A DNA stretch of 56,515 nucleotides from Candidatus Eiseniibacteriota bacterium (lineage in GTDB: Bacteria > Eisenbacteria > RBG-16-71-46), in assembly GCA_044222065.1 (NCBI GenBank), contig JBGAOA010000013.1:1-56515 (forward strand). The letters run 5' to 3'. The notes under the pieces are model-generated. The model saw nothing but the letters and a program-made list of their open reading frames with translations, ran no database searches and had not been told where the DNA came from. The stretch's first letter is position 1. Every line of letters starts with the position of its first letter. Below are positions 30,988 to 40,101 of the stretch, in pieces. The translations under genes were made by a program, and so were the position numbers.

Positions 30988-31111
30988 GACTGGCTCCACG
31001 CGGGTGACGCTCTCGAAAGCGGGCACGAATGGCGAGCATCCAGCGTCATCGTTCTGGAGATCGGCCTGCCCCTCAAGCGACTTGACGACGCCGTGCTACC
31101 TTCCGCGCGCC

Positions 31112-32821
31112 ATGGCGCGCATGCACCCCGATCGCTTCCCCGACCAGCTCGCGCGCGAGCGCGCGGCGAGCGCCGAACGCGAGGTGTGGGACCGGCTCGC
31201 GGACGAGCTCGACGACCGCTGGAGCGTCTTCCACCGCGTGCGCTGGCTCGACCGTCCGGAACAGGGCGCACCGCAGGACGGCGAGTGCGACTTCCTGATC
31301 GCGCACCCCGAGCGCGGGCTGCTCGTGCTCGAGGTAAAGGGCGGGCTCGTCGGCATCGACGCCGCGACCGGACGCTGGATGAGCGTGGACCGCGACGGCG
31401 TGCGCCACGAGATCCGCGACCCCTACGACCAGGCGAACAACGCGCGCCACGTGCTGCGCCGCAAGCTCGAGTCGCTGCCCGCGTGGCGCGGCAAGCGCGT
31501 GCCGATCGCGCACGCCGTCGCGCTGCCGCACGCGTCCAAGCACGCGGGCGGCGTCGCGGACGCGTCGCTCGACGTGACGCTCGACGCCGAGGACCTGAAC
31601 CGCGCGGGCGAGGCGCTCGAGCGCGTGCTCGCGTTCTGGCGGCTCGAGCCCGACACGCACTGGCGCACGAACGGCATTCCCTGGCTCGAGCGGCTGTTCG
31701 TCCACCGCGACTTCGCGCGCGTGAAGCTCGGCACGCAGCTCAAGGCGCACGAGGCCGAGTTCCTGAAGCTCACGGCGGAACAGTCGCGCATCCTCGACGC
31801 GCTGTCCGCGCACCGGCGCGCGAAGATTTCGGGCTGCGCCGGATCGGGCAAGACGATGCTCGCGGTCGAGAAGGCGCGCCGGCTCGCGGGCGAGGGCTTC
31901 CGCGTGCTCGTCACGTGCTTCAACCGCGCGCTCGCCGACTTCATCCGCGCGCAGCTGCCGAAGCCCGCCGCGCGCCGCCCGACGGGACACACGTCCGAGC
32001 TGTCGCAGATGGATTTGTTCGGCGGCGCGAAGGTGGACGTCGAGTCGTTCCACCGTCTCGCGGGCGCGTGGGCGCGGCGCGCGGGCGTGTCGCTGCCCGA
32101 GGCGGGCGACGAAGCGGAGCGCGAGCGCATCTACGACGCCGCGCTGCCCGAGGCGCTCGTGCAGGCGACGGCGAAGCTGCCCGAGCGCTACGACGCCGTG
32201 ATCGTGGACGAAGGCCAGGACTTCCACGAGGACTGGTGGGTCGCGATCCAGTCGCTGCTCGCCGATCCCGACCACGGCATCCTGTACGTGTTCTACGACG
32301 ACAACCAGAGCCTGTACACCGCGGGCGCGTCGCTGCCGATCGAAGGCCCGCCGTTCCTGCTCACGAAGAACTGCCGCAACACGCGCCAGATCCACGAGTG
32401 GGTCGGGCGCTACTACCACGGTGACGCGTCGCCCGAAGTCGGCGGCCCCGAGGGCAAGCCGCCGGTGATCCACCGCTACCGCGGCGCGCACGAGTTGCGC
32501 GAGCACGTGCGGCGCGCGCTCCACCAGCTGGTCGCCGAGGAGAAGGTCGAAGAGCGCGACGTCGTCGTGCTGTCGCCGTTCGGCCGCGCGAAGAGCGCGC
32601 TGTGGCGCGAGCCGCAGTTCGGGAACGTGCGCCTCGTGGACGCGTGGCCGCCCGCGCCCGGGCACGTCGAGTTCTCGACCGTGCACGCGTTCAAGGGGCT
32701 CGAACGCGCGGTCGTGATCCTCGCCGAGATCGCGAAGGACGTGCGCCGGCCCGAGGAGCTGCTGTACGTCGGCGGCTCGCGCGCGAAGAGCCACCTGATC
32801 GTCGTGCAGGAGGCGGAATGA
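31112..32821 (+). CDS. NERD nuclease domain fused to SF1 (UvrD-like) helicase
   Basis: GECDFLI.HPERGLLVLEVKGG...PYDQ; Walker A GCAGSGKT; VDEGQD; DDNQ; NCRNT; TVHAFKGLE; YVGGSRA. Confidence 0.88.
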   Translation: MARMHPDRFPDQLARERAASAEREVWDRLADELDDRWSVFHRVRWLDRPEQGAPQDGECDFLIAHPERGLLVLEVKGGLVGIDAATGRWMSVDRDGVRHEIRDPYDQANNARHVLRRKLESLPAWRGKRVPIAHAVALPHASKHAGGVADASLDVTLDAEDLNRAGEALERVLAFWRLEPDTHWRTNGIPWLERLFVHRDFARVKLGTQLKAHEAEFLKLTAEQSRILDALSAHRRAKISGCAGSGKTMLAVEKARRLAGEGFRVLVTCFNRALADFIRAQLPKPAARRPTGHTSELSQMDLFGGAKVDVESFHRLAGAWARRAGVSLPEAGDEAERERIYDAALPEALVQATAKLPERYDAVIVDEGQDFHEDWWVAIQSLLADPDHGILYVFYDDNQSLYTAGASLPIEGPPFLLTKNCRNTRQIHEWVGRYYHGDASPEVGGPEGKPPVIHRYRGAHELREHVRRALHQLVAEEKVEERDVVVLSPFGRAKSALWREPQFGNVRLVDAWPPAPGHVEFSTVHAFKGLERAVVILAEIAKDVRRPEELLYVGGSRAKSHLIVVQEAE

Positions 32822-33600
32822 CGGCGAAGCCGGCGCGGGCGGCGGCGCCACGCGGCGGCGCGCTCTCCGCGAAGAGCGTCGCCGCGCTCCGCCGCGAGAT
32901 CCGCTCGCGGCTCGAGGACGCGAGCGAGGCGCGCGTGCGCGAGGGGCTCGCGATCGTGTGCCCCGGCGCCGAAGTGATCGGCGTGCGCGTGCCGAAGCTG
33001 CGCGCGCTCGCCGCCGCGTTCCGGAAGGAGCGGCCCGACCTCGGGCTCGACGCCGCGCTCGAACTCGCCGACGCGCAGTGGGCGACGCGCGTGCGCGACG
33101 AGATCCTGTTCGCGATCTTCTTCGTCGCGCGCTTCGGCCGCGCCGCGCGCGACGTGCCGTGGGCGCGCATCGAGCGCTGGCTCGACGCGATCGACAACTG
33201 GGAGACGTGCGACCAGCTCGCGAACAACGTCGCCGCCGCGATCGTGGACGCGCATCCCGAGCTGGAAGCGCGCGCGCTGAAGCTCGCGGCGAGCCGCAAC
33301 CTGTGGCGCCGGCGCTTCACGCTCGCGCTCGCGTCGTCGCTCAACCACGCGGGCCGGCGGCATCCGGCGTTCGCGCTGGCGGCGGCCGAGGCGCTGTTCT
33401 TCGACGACGCGCCGATCGTGCGCAAGGCCGTCGGCTGGGCCGTGCGCGAGGCGTGCCGGCACGACGCGGACGGCGCGTACCGCCTGCTCGTGAAGCACGC
33501 CGCGCGGCTGCATCCCACCGTGCTGCGCGAAGCGGGGGAGAAGCTGAGCGCAGCGCAGCGCGCCGAACTCGCGCGACGAAGGGAAGGAGCGAAACGATGA
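32818..33600 (+). CDS. DNA alkylation repair protein (AlkD-like HEAT glycosylase)
   Basis: GVRVPKLRALA, IDNWETCD, W.RR, VRKAVGWAVRE. Confidence 0.85.
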   Translation: MTAKPARAAAPRGGALSAKSVAALRREIRSRLEDASEARVREGLAIVCPGAEVIGVRVPKLRALAAAFRKERPDLGLDAALELADAQWATRVRDEILFAIFFVARFGRAARDVPWARIERWLDAIDNWETCDQLANNVAAAIVDAHPELEARALKLAASRNLWRRRFTLALASSLNHAGRRHPAFALAAAEALFFDDAPIVRKAVGWAVREACRHDADGAYRLLVKHAARLHPTVLREAGEKLSAAQRAELARRREGAKR

Positions 33601-34103
33601 GCGGCACGAAGTACCGGATTCCCGCGGCGACCGACGTCGGCCACGTGCACCTGAAGGTCTCGAACCTCGACCGCGCGCTCGCGTTCTGGCGCGACACGCT
33701 CGGCTTCGATCTCGTGCAGCGGCTCGGCGACCAGGCGGCCTTCCTGTCGGCGGGCGGCTACCACCATCACATCGGGCTCAACACGTGGGAGAGCCGTGGC
33801 GGCCACGCGCCGGGGCCGGGCACGACGGGGCTCTACCACGTCGCGATCCGCTACCCGACGCGGCGCGATCTCGGCGCGGCCGTGAAGCGCGTGATCGAAG
33901 CGGGCGTGGACCTGCAGGGCGCCGCCGATCACGGCGTGAGCGAGGCGGTGTATCTTGCCGACCCCGACGGCAACGGCGTCGAGCTGTACCGCGACCGGCC
34001 GCGCGAGGAGTGGCCGCGCGAGAAGGACGGTTCGCTCGCGATGGTCACGGAGCCGCTCGACCTGCGCGCGCTCGTCCGCGAGGCCGGCGATCGGGAGCGA
34101 TGA
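33597..34103 (+). CDS. VOC family protein (CatE-like)
   Basis: GHVHLKV, FLSAGGYHHHIGLNTW, GLYH.A, DHGVSEAVYL.DPDGNGVELYRDRP. Confidence 0.88.
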   Translation: MSGTKYRIPAATDVGHVHLKVSNLDRALAFWRDTLGFDLVQRLGDQAAFLSAGGYHHHIGLNTWESRGGHAPGPGTTGLYHVAIRYPTRRDLGAAVKRVIEAGVDLQGAADHGVSEAVYLADPDGNGVELYRDRPREEWPREKDGSLAMVTEPLDLRALVREAGDRER

Positions 34104-34113
34104 GGAGGAGCGC

Positions 34114-34626
34114 ATGACGGCGAATCCGGCGGGCGCGCAGGCGGCGCCGAGCCACGCGGCCGCGAAGCTGATCGACGTGCTCGCGATCGGCGTGCTCGTC
34201 GCGCACGTCGCGATCCTCGCGTCGCAGTTCGGCCGGCTGCCGGCCGAGATCGCGACGCACTTCGACGTGTACGGCAACGCCGACGGTTTCGGTCCGAAGG
34301 CGTGGCTGTGGTCGCTGCCCGCGGTCGGCGCGGGGCTGCTCGTTCTGCTGCGGTGGGTCGGCGCGCGCACCGAGCGCATGAACCTCCCGGTGTCGGCCGA
34401 GGTCACGAGCCCTTCGCGCATCTACGCGCTCGCGCGCCGCATGGTGAGCACGCTCGGCCTGATTGTGAACGCGATGCTGCTGTGGGGCTGCGTTCTGACG
34501 ATCCGCGTCGCCCTCGGCCTCGCACAGGGGCTCGGGCCGGCCTACCTCGCGGTGAGCCTCGGCGCGATCGCGATCGTCGTGATCATGTTCCTGCTCGCGA
34601 TGACGCGCGCCGCCGGCGGCGAGTAG
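34114..34626 (+). CDS. DUF1648-domain membrane protein
   Basis: LPAEIATHFDVYGNADGFGPK motif plus TM helices; GAGGAG RBS. Confidence 0.8.
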   Translation: MTANPAGAQAAPSHAAAKLIDVLAIGVLVAHVAILASQFGRLPAEIATHFDVYGNADGFGPKAWLWSLPAVGAGLLVLLRWVGARTERMNLPVSAEVTSPSRIYALARRMVSTLGLIVNAMLLWGCVLTIRVALGLAQGLGPAYLAVSLGAIAIVVIMFLLAMTRAAGGE

Positions 34627-34684
34627 CGGAGCGACCGATCCGCGCGCCGCGCCGGGCGCGCATCGCGGGTGCTCCCGCGCGCGC

Positions 34685-34912
34685 TCAGCCGCTCGTGCGC
34701 TTCACGCCGACGACGCTGCCGAGCACGATGCGCGCTTCGACCGTTTCGCCCGGCGCGAGGTCGTGCGGGCAGTCGCCCGCGGCGACGCGTCCCGTGAGCG
34801 GCGGCTCGCCCGCGGGCTCGAGCGCGACATCCACCCAGCGATCGCCGTGGATGTCCACGAGGCGGGCGCTCACGACGCGCGCCGCGACGGTGCGGGGGAG
34901 GAGGAAGGTCAC
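34685..34912 (-). CDS. Small hypothetical protein (75 aa, beta-rich)
   Basis: VTFLLPRTVAARVVSARLVDIHGDRWVDV...LAPGETVEARIVLGSVVGVKR; GC-rich third positions; fills the intergenic gap. Confidence 0.5.
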   Translation of the reverse strand: MTFLLPRTVAARVVSARLVDIHGDRWVDVALEPAGEPPLTGRVAAGDCPHDLAPGETVEARIVLGSVVGVKRTSG

Positions 34913-34999
34913 GGCCGCACTCTGACGAGGGCGGGCTCCGGCGCGCAAGCCCACCGCCCCCCTCGCCCCGCGCCTCGCGCTCCCGTATCCTGCCGCGCC

Positions 35000-35830
35000 A
35001 TGCGACAGACCACCGGAGCGATGATCTGCCCGCACTGCGGCAAGCTGATCGGCGTCAACGAGCCGCAGTGCCCGTTCTGCGGCACGCGCAATCCCTCGCT
35101 GTTCGGCTACGCACCCGCGCTGCAGCGGCTGTTCGGACGCGAACTCGAGTTCTCGGGCTCGGTCACCGTGACGTGCGTGATCCTGTACGTGATCTCGCTC
35201 GCGCTCCAGCCCGAGGCGATCTTCCAGATGCGCGGGTTCCTCGACTTCCTCGCACCCGGCTCGCGCGCGCTGTTCCAGCTCGGCATGACGAATCGCGACG
35301 TGCTCATGGAGGGCTGGTGGTGGACGCTCTTCACCGCCGTGTTCCTGCACGGCAGCGTTCTGCACATCTTCTTCAACATGCTCTGGGTGCGGAACCTCGG
35401 GCCCGGCGTCACTTCGGTGTACGGCCCCGCGCGCGCGTTCGTGATCTTCATGCTGTCGGGCGCGATCGGCTTCCTCGTCTCGGACCTCGCGAGCGGTCAC
35501 CCGAGCATCGGCGCCTCGGGCGGAATCTTCGGTCTGCTCGCCGCGCTCATCGTGTACGGGCGCAAGCGCGGCATCTCGACGCTCACGGCGCAGCTCTGGC
35601 AGTACGCGATCCTGATGTTCGCGATGGGCTTCCTCATGTCGGGCGTCAACAATTGGGCGCACGCGGGCGGCTTCGGCGGCGGCTGGGTCGTCGCGACGCT
35701 GCTCCCGCTCGACGACGAGAAGCGAGAGAGCCCGCTCGTCCAGCTGTTCGCGGTCGCGCTGATCCTCGTCACGCTCGGCGGCGTCGTGGCCTCGTTCGTC
35801 CAGGTGACCGGCATCCTGATGGGACACTGA
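35000..35830 (+). CDS. Rhomboid intramembrane serine protease with N-terminal zinc ribbon
   Basis: CPHC...CPFC; FLHGSVLHIFFN; GASG; NWAHAGG. Confidence 0.9.
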   Translation: MRQTTGAMICPHCGKLIGVNEPQCPFCGTRNPSLFGYAPALQRLFGRELEFSGSVTVTCVILYVISLALQPEAIFQMRGFLDFLAPGSRALFQLGMTNRDVLMEGWWWTLFTAVFLHGSVLHIFFNMLWVRNLGPGVTSVYGPARAFVIFMLSGAIGFLVSDLASGHPSIGASGGIFGLLAALIVYGRKRGISTLTAQLWQYAILMFAMGFLMSGVNNWAHAGGFGGGWVVATLLPLDDEKRESPLVQLFAVALILVTLGGVVASFVQVTGILMGH

Positions 35831-36086
35831 GTCCCGCTCCGGTCCGCATTCCGACCGGAGTGTCCTGAGGAAATCGAGCCGACTTCCGCCGACGTCTGCG
35901 GATCTCCGCAGTTCGCTTGCCCTGCACCGAGCGCACACGGGCGCATGCAAGCAGCGTTGCGCGATCGAGCTGTGGAGACGCTCGTCCGCCCGCGCGCCCG
36001 GGCCCCGCTCTTGCCCTTTCGGATCTGCACGCTCGATAGCGGCGGCACGCTGTCGCCCGGTCGAATCCACCGAAAGGACGTTCCCG

Positions 36087-37475
36087 ATGCGCTCCCGACT
36101 CCTGGCTCGAAGCCTCTCGTGCGTGGCACTGATGTCTCTCGTGGCGCCGGCCTCGCGCGCCGCGACGCCGATTCAGATCACACCACCCAATCTCGGACGC
36201 GGCTTCACCGTCACGTCGTTCGCCACCGGCTTCGGCGCCGCCCCGGGCGCACAACCCTGGCTGCACGCTCCCGGGATGGCGTTTCTGCCGAGCGGCGAGG
36301 TCTGGGTGACGGATCCGCTGGGATCCGGCGCGCTCTACCGCTTCCCGAGCCACGCGGATGCTCAGGTCGTGGATTCTTCGAACCTGCTCGTCGACATCTC
36401 CGAGGCCTGCCCCACGCAGATGGTGCAGGTGCGCAGGAACGGCGTGTGGAAGGTGTACGCCCACTCGCCAAACTACGGCGCCCCCTGGGAAATGCAGTCC
36501 CTCGCCGAGCTCGACCAGACCACGGGACGACCGCTCGCCTTCTGGCGACCGCCGTTTCCGTTCTACGCCAACTCCGCGATGGCCGCCTATCCGGCGGGCG
36601 TGAATCCCGCCTACGAGGGCCACGTGTTCGCGATTCTCGACGAAGGTCCGGGGCTCGCGATCTACGACCTCGATCCCGAGCTGCACAGCGCCGCGCTCTT
36701 CGCGCGCACGTACGACATCCTGCCCACACAGCTCGTCGTCTCCGCGGACGGCTCGACGTTGTACACGCTGCGGCAGCGCCCCTTCGGTCCCTGCGTCGTG
36801 GCGCTGTCGATTCCGGGAGGGTTCGAAACCTGGGTCAGCCCGAGCCACGGGGGTGGCGGCGAAGACAACTTCATCGGCATGGCGCTGGGGGCGGGCAGTC
36901 TCGACGGGTACCTGTACGTCGGGACCGACCGCAGGATCTGGGAGTTCGGGCTTCCGGGAGGCCCGCACGCAGGCGTGGACAACCTGCTGGCCGTCGCCGA
37001 CACGAGCCGCGGCCAGTATCCGATGAGCACGATGTTCGTGGATTCCGACGTCACGTGCCCGGGAGGCCACCCCTCGCTGCTCGTCACGCACGACGACACG
37101 ATCCAGCGCATCGATCCCCCGGGCGGCGGGTGGTTCGGAGCGCCGGCGAGTACCGCGGAACCGATCGCCAACTCGACGACCTCGGTGGATGAAGCCGCGA
37201 AGAACGAGGTCGAACTTCGCGTGACGCCGAATCCCGTGTTCGCCGCGGCTCGCGTGGAGTTCGCGCTGGCGCGAGCCGGCCGCGTGTCGCTCGACGTGCT
37301 GGACGTCCAGGGGCGGGTGATCGCCGAGCTGAGCAGCGGATGGAAGTCGGCGGGGATTCACCACGCTGCGTGGGACGGCACGACGGGCTCGGGACGCGCA
37401 CGCGCCGGCATCTACTTCCTCCGACTGCGAGGTGCGGGCCACGGCGCGACGCAGCGCCTCGCGCTGGTTCGCTGA
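36087..37475 (+). CDS. Secreted beta-propeller-like protein with C-terminal FlgD/T9SS-like domain
   Basis: Signal peptide; C-terminal PNP..LDVLDVQGRVIAEL...WDG...GIYFLRL. Confidence 0.75.
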   Translation: MRSRLLARSLSCVALMSLVAPASRAATPIQITPPNLGRGFTVTSFATGFGAAPGAQPWLHAPGMAFLPSGEVWVTDPLGSGALYRFPSHADAQVVDSSNLLVDISEACPTQMVQVRRNGVWKVYAHSPNYGAPWEMQSLAELDQTTGRPLAFWRPPFPFYANSAMAAYPAGVNPAYEGHVFAILDEGPGLAIYDLDPELHSAALFARTYDILPTQLVVSADGSTLYTLRQRPFGPCVVALSIPGGFETWVSPSHGGGGEDNFIGMALGAGSLDGYLYVGTDRRIWEFGLPGGPHAGVDNLLAVADTSRGQYPMSTMFVDSDVTCPGGHPSLLVTHDDTIQRIDPPGGGWFGAPASTAEPIANSTTSVDEAAKNEVELRVTPNPVFAAARVEFALARAGRVSLDVLDVQGRVIAELSSGWKSAGIHHAAWDGTTGSGRARAGIYFLRLRGAGHGATQRLALVR

Positions 37476-37802
37476 GCCGGGACGACGCGGTGTTCGGGCC
37501 CGGCTGCACTCGTCGAATCCCGCGGGAGAGGTTCGGGGCGGCGCCGCGCCGTGCAATTCGCCTGATGACCCCGCCCCGGGGCGTCTGTTAGAGTCGCGCG
37601 CGTCTTCGCGCTCCGGCTCGCGCCGGTACCTGCCGAACACAGGCGGCGGAGACCCCGGACGGCGGTTCTCCGCCGCGCGGAAGCAGGTCGTGTTCACGAG
37701 GGATGGGCTCGCGGCGGGGACACTCGTTCGCGGGTCCGAGAGCAACAGACGGTTCCCGTAGGGCCGAAGGGCCTGGCTGGAGCCCCACCGAGGAGGAATC
37801 CC

Positions 37803-40016
37803 ATGTCCGATCTCCGTTCCCGCCCCGCTTCGAACTCCGCGCACTCGCGTCAGCCCCGCGGCTTCGAAGCCCCGCGCCAGCCCGATGGCCACCGCATGCC
37901 GGTGAGCGCCTACTTCGGGCGGCACACGCTCGACCTCATCAAGCTCAAGGAGCGGCTCCCGCGCGAGGCGTACCAGACGCTGCTCGCGACGCTGAAGAAC
38001 GGCAAGCCGCTGCCGAAGGAGACCGCCGAGACGATCGCCTCGGTGGCGCGCGACTGGGCGATGGCCCACGGCGCGACGCACTTCACGCACTGGTTCCAGC
38101 CGATGACGGGCCTCACGGCCGAGAAGCACGACAGCTTCATCGACCTGAACGTGACGATGCCGGGCGAGCTCAAGGTGCTCGAGAAGTTCTCGGGCTCGCA
38201 GCTCATCCAGAGCGAACCGGACGCGAGCTCGTTCCCGTCCGGCGGCATGCGCTCGACGTTCGAGGCGCGCGGCTACACCGCGTGGGACCCGTCGTCGCCG
38301 CTGTTCCTCGTCGAGAGCGAGAACGGCCGCACGCTGTGCGTGCCGAGCGTGTTCATCAGCTATCACGGCGATTCGCTCGATCACAAGACGCCGCTGCTGC
38401 GCGCGATCGAGGCGATGAACCGCCAGTCGCTGCCGTTCCTCAAGCTGCTCGGCGACGTGGACGTCGCGTCGGTTCACACGACGCTCGGCTGCGAGCAGGA
38501 GTACTTCCTCGTGGACCGCGACCACTACGCCGGCCGGCCGGACCTGATCATGTGCGACCGCACGCTGATCGGCGCGGCCTCGGCGCGCGGCCAGCAGTTC
38601 GAGGACCACTACTTCGGCTCGATCCCGCCGCGCGTGCTCGCGTTCATGGAAGAGATGGAGTTCGAACTCCACCGCCTCGGCGTGCCCGTGCGCACGCGCC
38701 ACAACGAGGTCGCGCCGATGCAGTTCGAGATGGCGCCGATCTTCGAGGACGCGAACCTCGCGAACGACCACAACGCGATCGCGATGGACATCGCCCGCAA
38801 GGTCGCGCTGCGGCACCACCTCGTGTGCCTGTTCCACGAGAAGCCGTTCGCGGGCCTGAACGGCTCGGGCAAGCACTGCAATTGGGCGATGTCCACCGAC
38901 CGCGGCGACAACCTGCTCGATCCGGGCCGCACGCCGCACCAGAACCTGCGCTTCCTCGCGTTCGTCGGCGTCGTGCTGAAGGCCGTGCACGACCGGGCGG
39001 ACCTGCTGCGCTGGTCGGTCGCGAACGCGAACAACGACCTGCGGCTCGGCGCGAACGAGGCGCCGCCGGCGATCATCAGCGTGTTCCTCGGCGACCTGCT
39101 CACGAAGGTCATCGAGCGCATCTCGGCCGGCGAGAAGATCGACGACCCCGAGCACTTCGTGATCGAGATGGGCGTCGCGCGGCTGCCGCAGCTCGCGCGC
39201 GACAACACCGACCGCAACCGGACGTCGCCGTTCGCGTTCACCGGGAACAAGTTCGAGTTCCGCGCGGTCGGCAGCTCGGCGAACTGCGCGATGCCGATCA
39301 CGGTGCTCACGGCGGCGGTCGCCGAGTCGCTCGGAGCGCTGACGAAGCGGCTCAAGGCGAAGCTCGACAAGGGCGGCGCGCGCGACGCGGCGGTGATCGA
39401 GCTGCTGCGCGAGGTGTTCCGCGAGACCGCGGCGGTGCGCTTCGAGGGCAACGGCTACAGCGACGAGTGGAAGCAGGAAGCGGCGAAGCGCGGCCTGCCG
39501 AACCTCGTGGACACGCCGGCCTCGATCGAGTCCGTGAGCGATCCGAAGCGCACCGAGTTCCTGTCGGAGCTGGGCGTGTACTCGGCGCGCGAGATGCAGA
39601 GCCGGATCAACGTGTCGCTCGAGCGCTACATCAAGACCGTGACGCTCGAGGCCGAGACGCTGATCGAGCTGCTGCGCACGTTCGTCATCCCGGCGGGCGA
39701 GTCGCAGCTCGGCGCGTCGCTCGGGAACCTCGAGGGTCTGAAGTCGGCCGGCATCGCGGTCGGCGACGGCCTGTCGTCGCGGGCGAAGCAGATCGCGGCG
39801 GCGCTCGACGAGGTGGCGCGCGAGACGAACGACCTGCAGAAGCTCCTCGACGCCGCGGACGCGGTGCACGACGAGCTGAAGGAGGCGAAGCACCTCGCCG
39901 CGAAGGTGCGGCCGGCGATGGACTCGGCTCGCGCCGCGGCGGACCGGCTCGAACACCTCGTCGGCGACGCGCTGTGGGGGCTTCCGAAGTACCGCGAGAT
40001 GCTGTTCGTGCGCTGA
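37803..40016 (+). CDS. glnA: Glutamine synthetase type III
   Basis: GATHFTHWFQP.TG.TAEKHD, EPDASSFPSGG.R.TFEARGYTAWD, HNEVAP.Q.E, NGSGKH.NW, DRNRTSPFAFTGNKFEFR. Confidence 0.96.
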   Translation: MSDLRSRPASNSAHSRQPRGFEAPRQPDGHRMPVSAYFGRHTLDLIKLKERLPREAYQTLLATLKNGKPLPKETAETIASVARDWAMAHGATHFTHWFQPMTGLTAEKHDSFIDLNVTMPGELKVLEKFSGSQLIQSEPDASSFPSGGMRSTFEARGYTAWDPSSPLFLVESENGRTLCVPSVFISYHGDSLDHKTPLLRAIEAMNRQSLPFLKLLGDVDVASVHTTLGCEQEYFLVDRDHYAGRPDLIMCDRTLIGAASARGQQFEDHYFGSIPPRVLAFMEEMEFELHRLGVPVRTRHNEVAPMQFEMAPIFEDANLANDHNAIAMDIARKVALRHHLVCLFHEKPFAGLNGSGKHCNWAMSTDRGDNLLDPGRTPHQNLRFLAFVGVVLKAVHDRADLLRWSVANANNDLRLGANEAPPAIISVFLGDLLTKVIERISAGEKIDDPEHFVIEMGVARLPQLARDNTDRNRTSPFAFTGNKFEFRAVGSSANCAMPITVLTAAVAESLGALTKRLKAKLDKGGARDAAVIELLREVFRETAAVRFEGNGYSDEWKQEAAKRGLPNLVDTPASIESVSDPKRTEFLSELGVYSAREMQSRINVSLERYIKTVTLEAETLIELLRTFVIPAGESQLGASLGNLEGLKSAGIAVGDGLSSRAKQIAAALDEVARETNDLQKLLDAADAVHDELKEAKHLAAKVRPAMDSARAAADRLEHLVGDALWGLPKYREMLFVR

Positions 40017-40040
40017 ACCGGCACGCGACTCGAAAGACGA

Positions 40041-40072
40041 ACGGGCCGGCGGAGGCGACTCCGCCGGCCCGT
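40041..40072. terminator. Hairpin between convergent glnA and protease genes
   Basis: acgggccggcggag-gcga-ctccgccggcccgt, 14-bp stem with GNRA loop. Confidence 0.75.
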
Positions 40073-40101
40073 CGTACGTCGCGGACGCCCGCGCGAACGC
40101 C

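Noticed and set aside
37720..37790. Canonical glnA glutamine riboswitch call
   Set aside because: Only partial motif resemblance and the closing AACG strand is missing; reported only as a candidate structured leader.
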